This document shows, piece by piece, positions 55,057-64,000 of a DNA stretch of 64,000 bases. Made by a program: the position numbers and the translations under genes. How positions within the stretch are numbered: the stretch's first letter is position 1; every line of letters starts with the position of its first letter. Origin of the DNA: Eledone cirrhosa (taxonomy: Eukaryota); NCBI GenBank assembly GCA_964016885.1, contig OZ024766.1, positions 10,044,001 to 10,108,000 of the forward strand. The letters run 5' to 3'. The notes under the pieces were generated by a model. That model was not told the origin of the DNA. It did no database searches and was given only the letters and a program-made list of their open reading frames with translations.

Positions 55057-55107
55057 AGATTCTACAGGACTAGAACTGTTTCATTCTTTAGAAATCATCA
55101 GGAATCT
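55057..55107 (-). ncRNA. Type I hammerhead ribozyme motif with a real stem III
   Basis: agattc-CTGATGA-tttctaaagaat-GAAACAG-ttctagtc-CTGTA-gaatct; GUA triplet; first stem II pair is U.U. Confidence 0.65.
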
Positions 55108-55148
55108 GGGTATCAAAAAATAAATACCATACTTATTTTTTGATACCC

Positions 55149-55199
55149 AGATTCCTGATGATTTCTAAAGAATGAAACAGTTCTCGTCTTGTAGAATCT
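55149..55199 (+). ncRNA. Type I hammerhead ribozyme motif (mirror copy of 55057)
   Basis: Inverted copy with two substitutions in stem/loop III. Confidence 0.6.
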
Positions 55200-55213
55200 C
55201 ATCTATATTAAAG

Positions 55214-55264
<51 letters not shown>

Positions 55265-55739
55265 AAAAGAGTCAGGACCCCGATGGCTGAGTTCCGGCCG
55301 TTTCGACAGCTAGATCCTAACTAAGATCCATCGGGGTCCTGACTCTTTTCCTATTACCCACTCTACTACCCTAAGTATCGAGTACTTTGGTGCGTTATGG
55401 TCCATCTGGTTCCTTACCACACCTCCTTCGTTATATGTATATATGGAGGCACATGGCTTAGTGGTTAGAGCATTGGCCTTGCAATCGAAAGGTTGTGAGT
55501 TCAATTCTCAGACCGGGTGATGTGTTGTTTCCTTGAGCAAGACACTTTATTTCACATTGCTCCAGTTTACTCAGCTGTAGAAATGAGATGATAGGGACTG
55601 GGGTCCCTATCATTCTACTGTAAAGTGGTCGTGGAGGTGCCATGGCAAAAAGCACCCAGCACTCACTGTAAATGAGGTTGGTGTTAGGAAGGGCATCCAG
55701 CTGTAGAAATGAGATGACTGTAGGTTTCGCTTTCTACAT

Positions 55740-56010
55740 CGGCAAGGCGGGTCTTCTCTATTACTGCATAGCGTCAAAGCTATCGGTCCAGTGACATTGT
55801 CTTAGAGAGGTGCAAGTCTGTAAGGTCGGAATTTATCAAATCATCCCAGGTTTTTCTGGGTCTACCTACTTCGTAAGTACCATCAATTTTGATCACCCTG
55901 CACTTTTTTATACAGCTGTCGTCTTTCATGCGCATCACATGACCATACCAACGTAGTCTTCTCTCAAGTAAACAGCATCTGATCCCTCTTATACCTAATT
56001 TCTCACTGTG
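55740..56010 (-). mobile_element. RTE LINE 3' fragment
   Basis: RRLRWYGHVMRM...GRPRKTWDD. Confidence 0.8.
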
Positions 56011-56050
<40 letters not shown>

Positions 56051-56389
56051 TATAGATAGGTAAATATACACGGGTGTGTATGATTGTGTATAGAAGATTA
56101 TATTAATAAGAGGAATTCCAACTTTGTCTGATTTACTCGTTTTATTTACAATCCTTTAAAATATATATAATATGGTATTATAATGAAATAGTATGATAGA
56201 ATATTAAATTCTAAGTGTTAATCGAACACTTAGAATTTAATTAACACTTAGAATTTAATATTCTATCATACTATTTCATTATAATACCATATTATATATA
56301 TTTTAAAGGATTGTAAATAAAACGAGTAAATCAGACAAAGTTGGAATTCCTCTTATTAATATATATATATATATATATATATCATAGTT

Positions 56390-56800
56390 AGTGACCTTAT
56401 AGTCAGGGCCAGATGTACTTGCAGGCAGAGGAATACCTTATGGAGTAGATTTTTGGAAGTTGAAGGACCCCACAGCCAGTAACAAATTTAAAGGCATATT
56501 ACTTGATGCTTTTGATAGTAAGGAAGAGCAATTAGAGTCATACAATATAGATGGATAGTGGGAACTCCTGAAAGTTAACCTGTTGAATGCGACTGATGAA
56601 ATCTGTGGCTGGAGCAGACCTTTAGGCAGGAGGAGAGTGACATGGTGGTGGAACAGTAAGGTGGAGGAGTCCATCAAGGGCAAAAAGCAGGCTTGGAAAG
56701 AATGGCAGGATGGGGGTAGTAGAGAACTCTATCGGGTAGCTAGGAGAGAAGCTAGACAACAAGTATACTTTGCTTGCAAAGAGGGAAGCAGAAGATAGTA
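56390..56800 (+). mobile_element. RTE LINE internal fragment (endonuclease-RT linker)
   Basis: ATDEICG...TWWWNSKVEESIKGKKQAWKEWQ motif. Confidence 0.7.
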
Positions 56801-56854
56801 AGTTCAAACATATTTTACAATGGGAGGGCCAAAGATGACCATATATATATATAT

Positions 56855-56928
<74 letters not shown>

Positions 56929-57947
56929 ATATTTATGTGTATGTATGTATATATATATATATACAGTTTACTCAGCTGTAGAAATGAGATGATAGGGACT
57001 GGGGTCCCTATCATACCACTGCAAAGTGGACGTGGAGGTGCCACGGCAAAAAAGCACCCAGCACTCACTGTAAATGAGGTTGGTGTTAGGAAGGGCATCC
57101 AGCTGTAGAAATCAAGCCAAATCAGTTCCTGTATGAGCAAGGCATGGTCAGCCGACCAGACACTGCCCACAACAGGACAACCCGTCTAACCCATGCTAGC
57201 GTGGAAGAACGGATGTAAAACGGTGATGATGATGATGATGATGATGATATAAATATATGTCTTGTGTGTTTGTATATACAAAGGGCGGAAGAACTCAGCA
57301 TAGTCAACGGCCATCCAAATACTTTTTTTTTTTTTTCCACCTGGGAGTGAAAGGCCCCCAGTTGTTGTCACAACACCTTTCTAAGAGAGGGAAACTCTGA
57401 AAAATAAAAAAAAACTGCGTCTTCGGAAGCATCCGATGATGTTGACCAGTTCTACTTTCCGGGTAGTGTTTCCAATGCTCAGAGAGTGGGATTGGTAGAG
57501 TGCAAGGCCTTTCCCCACTTAAAAAACCTTCAAATCTCAGGCATTGCTTGTTCAGGATCTGTTACAGGTTCATGTGACTGGCCATTTCTTAGCAGAGTTT
57601 GCAGCCATCATATGTATATATATATGGAGGCACATGGCTTAGTTGTTAGACCATTGGCCTTGCAATCAAAAGGTTGTGAGTTCAATTCTCAGACCGGGTG
57701 ATGTGTTGTTTCCTTGAGCAAGACACTTTATTTCACATTGCTCCAGTTTACTCAGCTGTAGAAATGAGATGATAGGGACCCCACTGCAAAGTGGTCGTGG
57801 AGGTGCCACGGCAAAAAAGCACCCAGTACTCACTGTAAATGAGGTTGGTGTTAGGAAGGGCATCCAGCTGTAGAAATCAAGCCAGAATCAGTTCCCGTCC
57901 CACCCTTGCAAGCAGGGAAAAGCGGATGTAAAATGATGTGATGATGA

Positions 57948-57995
<48 letters not shown>

Positions 57996-58595
57996 ATGTA
58001 TATATAGTGAAGAGAAATGGAATGAGATGGTTAAATCATGTATTGTAGAAGGACGAAAGTAACTGGAATGAGATGGTTGGGTCATGTGTTGAGGAAGAAC
58101 GAGAGTAACTGGAATGAGATGGTTGGGTCATGTGTTGAGGAAGGATGAAAGTGACTGTTGTGTGAGGAATATATACTATTCTATGCATCGTTACAGAAGT
58201 ACTACTACAGTGCAGTCCTGCAGAACGCAGAAATTATTATCAATCTGCAAAACCCTCCATAACTAGAGAGAAAACATCACGTACATACCATCGCAAGCTG
58301 GTAGAAGTATTGGTTTCTGATTTAGGCTCTAGGCCAACAATTTTTAGGGAAGGGAAAATCGATTAAATCGACCCAGTGCATTACTGGTACTTTATTCACT
58401 GCAATAAATGGTTTGAATTAAAATAATAAGAGGTAGACAAAATAAAAGTTTTAAATTTGTTAGAAATGTTTGAAAAAGGTCACACAGATGGCATAGAAGG
58501 TCACATGCAGCCTTAACCTGCTGACTGTCCTATATATTTTACACAACTACAGTTGCTGTGCTTGGTTTTTTTTCAGTAAAATGACTATTTTTTAA

Positions 58596-60072
58596 CCCTT
58601 TAGCATTCGCATTAATTTTCAAACGTCATGCTTATCTGGTCGCATTATTTTACAAATAAATATGGCGGTGGATTGGCAGTATCGGTAGAGGGTCGGACGC
58701 CATGCTTTCCAGCATAGTTATGTCCCTTTATGATCTGAGTTCAAATCCCGCCGAGGTTGACTTTGCCTTTCATCCTTACGGGGTCGATAAAATAAAGTAC
58801 CAGTAATGCACTGGGTAATTGCTGGCCTTGTGCCTAAAGTAGAAACAATTATTTTACAAATAAATATGGCGGTGGATTGGCAGTATCGGTAGAGGGTCGG
58901 ACGCCATGCTTTCCAGCATAGTTACGTCCCTTTACGATCTGAGTTCAAATCCCGCCGAGGTTAACTTTGCCTTTCATCCTTACGGGGTCGATAAAATAAA
59001 GTACCAGTAATGTACTGGGTAATTGCTGGCCTTGTGCCTAAAATAGAAACAATTATTTTGAGTTAATCATACTCAAGAGGGTTATCAATTTTATTTGTTT
59101 GTAATTTTCTATATGTAAGCTTGAAATTTCGTCAGTAGATGTTTAAATATCAAAAATTTACAATTATATAATTTTACCTGATTTTTTTTTGTCATTTGAC
59201 TTTTATGGGCAGGTGAAATTAATTAATGGGGCATTTGAAGCATCAACCAGGTGCAAATACGTTGTTTTCGGCATAATACTTGATATATAAAGATCACTAA
59301 ACCTTATATCAGTGTTCCAGTAATTCCACAGTCTTGGAAATTGTTTTATACCGAACATAATATTTATGGTAAAAATTGCTTGCATTTCCACAGCATCTGT
59401 CGGTCGCCAAACAGATCGGGTTTTCTTCGATTTGAAATCTGTTGTTGGGCATATCAATTAATCTCTTCTGCCACAACTTCGAAGAAAGTTTGTGGTTAAA
59501 ACAAAAAGAAATAATCCAGTGCTTTAGCATCGGGAGCTAATGTGTGTTGCGGACCAGTATTTTGTATAAAATTGGGAACATATATTGGTGTGGTATTTTT
59601 CAACCACGTTGCTGTAATATTTTCAATGGCGTCCTGGAGATCTCCTTCGTTTTCACTTTCAAAACAACAATCATCGTCGGATGAAATTTCAGAAATGTAA
59701 ACATCTGATTCATTTGAAGATAAATGATTAATATTATCTTTTGTTTCTTGTTTATTCTGAATGTCGTTGTGTGTAAAACCTTCAAAGTCGGTATCGCTAC
59801 TTTCACAAGCCATGTTGATGCACAAAAAATCTGTTCTACTTTCAACGTTAAAAAAACACTTGTTGTTTTAAGTTGTTTCACTATATTAAGTGTTAATTTT
59901 CATGGTAAGGGCCTAATCTCGCAGCAATCTCGAATTGACAAAATTTTGATGATGGTTTGTTTATTTTCAGAATGATATTTTAGTGTGGGTGTTATCGGCC
60001 AGTTTCGGGCGGTTTGAACAAATGAAGGGGAAATGATTATGGCCAGTTTTGGGCGGTTTGAACACTAAAGGG
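58596..60072 (-). mobile_element. Internally deleted piggyBac transposon with transposase N-terminal remnant
   Basis: TTAA|CCCTTTAGCATTC ... GAACACTAAAGGG|TTAA; minus-strand SDTDFEGF, acidic tract, ALDYFFLF, WRPTD..EM, GIKQFPRLWNYWNTD (PGBD-type), frameshifted; two SINEs inside at 58664-59057. Confidence 0.85.
58664..59057 (+). mobile_element. Tandem pair of a second tRNA-derived SINE (Meta-domain-like core)
   Basis: GGCGGTGGATTGGCAG...GAGTTCAAATCCC...GCCTTTCATCCTTACGGGGTCGATAAAATAAAGTACCAG. Other copies near 9841-10025, 12275-12450, 25825-26450, 30395-30760, 32330-32725 and 51103-51293. Confidence 0.8.
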
Positions 60073-60219
60073 TTAAACAAACATTTATTAACAACACATA
60101 TCTGAATGATTTACAAACATCACATCAATAAACTAGTAACGCCATCTAGCTTTGAAGTTATGAACTTGTTTCCAACAGTTCATAACTTCAAAGTTATGAA
60201 CGCTTTTCTAACAGTTCTT

Positions 60220-61650
60220 ATATGCAAAGTTTTTGCTTGTAAAAAAAAAAAATTTTTTTTCTTATGAAGCAATATGGGGGGGGGTCAAATAACGATTCCA
60301 TTTTTTCATCTTCAAAAACAAAGGTGGCTTAATACTCAAGTTGTAATATGGTACATATGCAAATCTTTTGTTCCTAAAAAAATATTTCTTTGTTTGTATT
60401 CCGTTTATTTTTTTTATCTTCAGGAAGAAGGGTGGTTTTATATTCAAGTCGTAATACGGTACATATGCAAAATTTTCACTCTTAAAAAATTTTTTTTTTC
60501 TAATGAAGAAATAGGAGTGTGTAATAATTATTCCATTTTTTCATCTTCAGAAACAAGAGTGGTTTTGTACACAAATAGTAATACAGTACATATGCAAATT
60601 TTTTGCTCGTAAAAGAATAATTCTTTCCATTCCATTTTTTAAAAATCCTCAGGAAGAATGGTTGTTTTATACTCAAGTCATAATACAATACATTTGCAAA
60701 ATTTTTGCTTGTAAAAAGAAAGAAAAAAATGTTTTTGTAGTCCATTTTTGTTATCTTCAGAATAGAGGGTGGTTTTATACCAGTATAATACAATATATTT
60801 GCAGTGTTTGCTCGTAAAAATAAAAAAATTTTTTATTCCATTTTTTTTTTAATCTTCAGAAACCAGGGTGGTTTTATACTCAAGTCGCAATAGGTACATA
60901 TACAAATTTTTTGCGCTTGAAAATAAAAAGAATTTTTTTTTTATCTTCAAAAAAGAGGGTGGTTTTATACTCAAGTCATAATACAATAGACTTGCAAAGG
61001 TTTTGCTCCTAAAAATAAAAAAAATGTTTGTATTCCATTTTTTTTTTAATCTTCAGAGAAGAGGGTGGTTTAATACTCAAGTCATAATACGATAGACTTG
61101 CAAAGGTTTTGCTCCTAAAAATAAAAAAAATGTTTGTATTCCATTTTTTTTAATCTTCCGAGAAGAGGGTGGTTTTATACTCAAGTCATAATACGATAGA
61201 CTTGCAAAGGTTTTGCTCCTAAAAATAAAAAAAAATGTTTGTATTCCATTTTTTTTAAATCTTCAGAGAAGAGGGGGTTTTATACTCAAGTCATAATACG
61301 ATAGACTTGCAAAGGTTTTGCTCCTAAAAATAAAAAAAATGTTTGTATTCCATTTTTTTTAATCTTCCGAGAAGAGGGTGGTTTTATACTCAAGTCATAA
61401 TACGATAGACTTGCAAAGGTTTTGCTCCTAAAAATAAAAAAAATGTTTGTATTCCATTTTTTTTTAATCTTCAGAGAAGAGGGTGGTTTTATACTCAAGT
61501 CATAATACGATAGACTTGCAAAGGTTTTGCTCCTAAAAATAAAAAAAAATGTTTGTATTCCATTTTTTTTTTTATCTTCCGAGAAGAGGGTGGTTTTATA
61601 CTCAAGTCGTAATACGGTACATATACAAATTTTTCACTCGTAAAAAAATT
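60220..61650. repeat. ~118-bp AT-rich tandem repeat
   Basis: atcttcagagaagagggtggttttatactcaagtcataatacgatagacttgcaaagg... recurs about 12 times. Confidence 0.88.
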
Positions 61651-61873
61651 GAAAAAAAAAAAATCTTTTTGCCTTATCCTGCTGGAAAAATACCGTTAAG
61701 ATTTTCAAACTAACTTGCTTGCAGCGGTGGTTGTCGGATAGCAATCCCGATGATGATATAAAACTTCCCCGACCTGACAATCTCTACAACGTGAGTTCAA
61801 TTCTCAGCGTTTTTTGAATTGCTTTTTTTTTTAATATATATATATATATATATGTATATGTATATGTATCTAT

Positions 61874-61908
<35 letters not shown>

Positions 61909-61938
61909 CATGATGGTAATAATAGTTGTATATATGTA

Positions 61939-61970
<32 letters not shown>

Positions 61971-61980
61971 TGTATGTGTG

Positions 61981-62012
<32 letters not shown>

Positions 62013-62193
62013 ATGGTAATACTGTGTGTATATATACATACACATGTGTATGTATATGTACATACATACACACATATATTTATATGCACACAAGTGTATA
62101 TATATATATACACACACACACATATATATATGCATACACGTGTATATACACGCATACATATATATATATATATGTATATATATATGTATAATA

Positions 62194-62230
<37 letters not shown>

Positions 62231-62360
62231 AATATATATATATATAAAAATATATATATATAAAAAAAAATATATATATATATAAAAAAAAAATATATAT
62301 ATATATATAAAAAAAAAAATATATATATATATAAAAAAAAAATAGATATATATATATATA

Positions 62361-62398
<38 letters not shown>

Positions 62399-62428
62399 AT
62401 ATTTTTGAGAATGATTCTGATGCTGATC

Positions 62429-62480
<52 letters not shown>

Positions 62481-62912
62481 CGACAATAATAATAATAATA
62501 ATAATAATGGGCATCTGTCTTTAGCTGTTTATATAAGACTATATTTTTCTAGAATAAAAAACCAAAAAACACCCAAGAAAAATATATTTATAAATATATA
62601 TATATATATATATAATATATATATAAAATATTAAACAAATAATGAATAAAACAATGAAACAGTTCCTTATATTAAACAAAAAAAGTTCATTATTTAACGA
62701 TCGTTTCTAGGATATATATGTGTTAGAATTGGCATGCATATTCAACAGATCTATGTACAAAATTATACAAAATTATACAAACTATCAAGATTAAATATAC
62801 ATACCAAACACACATATATATATATAAATATATATATATAAATATATATATATAAATATATATATATATAAATATATTTATATATATATATATATATAAA
62901 TATATATATATA

Positions 62913-63132
<220 letters not shown>

Positions 63133-63143
63133 TTATATATATT

Positions 63144-63176
<33 letters not shown>

Positions 63177-63195
63177 TTATATATATTTATATATA

Positions 63196-63262
<67 letters not shown>

Positions 63263-63273
63263 TTATATATATT

Positions 63274-63306
<33 letters not shown>

Positions 63307-63325
63307 TTATATATATTTATATATA

Positions 63326-63436
<111 letters not shown>

Positions 63437-63446
63437 TTCTATATAT

Positions 63447-63479
<33 letters not shown>

Positions 63480-63567
63480 AGAAGAAATTAAAAGATGGTT
63501 AAAAAAGTTCCTACATATATATATATATAAAGGTTCCTATATATATATATATATATATAAAAGTTCC

Positions 63568-63659
<92 letters not shown>

Positions 63660-64000
63660 TTGCATGATATGAAATTATGATTGAAGCAAATGTTATATTT
63701 GGGGAGGGTCATATTGTTATAATATTGCCAGAAATAATAACAGTACACACTCACTGTTTGGTTTGGGTTGCTGGCCGCTCCTGTATCTTTTATATCTTCA
63801 TAGTTAATTTATTTGGCAATCAATGTTTATCATTGATTAACGAACAGTTAGAAATATATATATAGGGAGGCACATGGCTTAGTGGTTAGAGCATTGGGCT
63901 TGCCATCGAAAGGTTGTGAGTTCAATTCTCAGACCGGGTGATGTGTTGTTTCCTTGAGCAAGACACTTTATTTCACATTGCTCCAGTTTACTCAGCTGTA

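Noticed and set aside
58190-58290. Possible next PPIP5K exon
   Set aside because: None of the three forward frames gives the expected IGSRSS...YEEFMPTDGTDVK motif.

Overview
Animal genomic DNA, very rich in (TA)n and other microsatellites. The SINE/RTE repertoire suggests a cephalopod such as Octopus (inference). Most ORFs in the supplied track are repeat artefacts. Two real spliced genes were reconstructed by hand and lie head-to-head. (1) Minus strand, 21774->3750: a complete 8-exon, 291-aa TXNL1-like gene (thioredoxin fold + PITH domain, C-terminus GKRGESH). All splice sites and frames are intact, but the thioredoxin CXXC active site is absent. (2) Plus strand, from 45919: the first four coding exons of PPIP5K/VIP1; the next conserved exon was not found, so the gene probably continues past the window. 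The rest is RTE-clade LINE fragments, two tRNA-derived SINE families, piggyBac MITEs and a deleted piggyBac, nested Helitron-like elements, a Penelope GIY-YIG fragment and many minisatellites, several visibly derived from transposons. The most striking non-coding signal is about 13 type-I hammerhead ribozyme motifs from several sequence families. Most sit in fold-back (inverted-repeat) elements bounded by (TA)n and carry one ribozyme on each strand.
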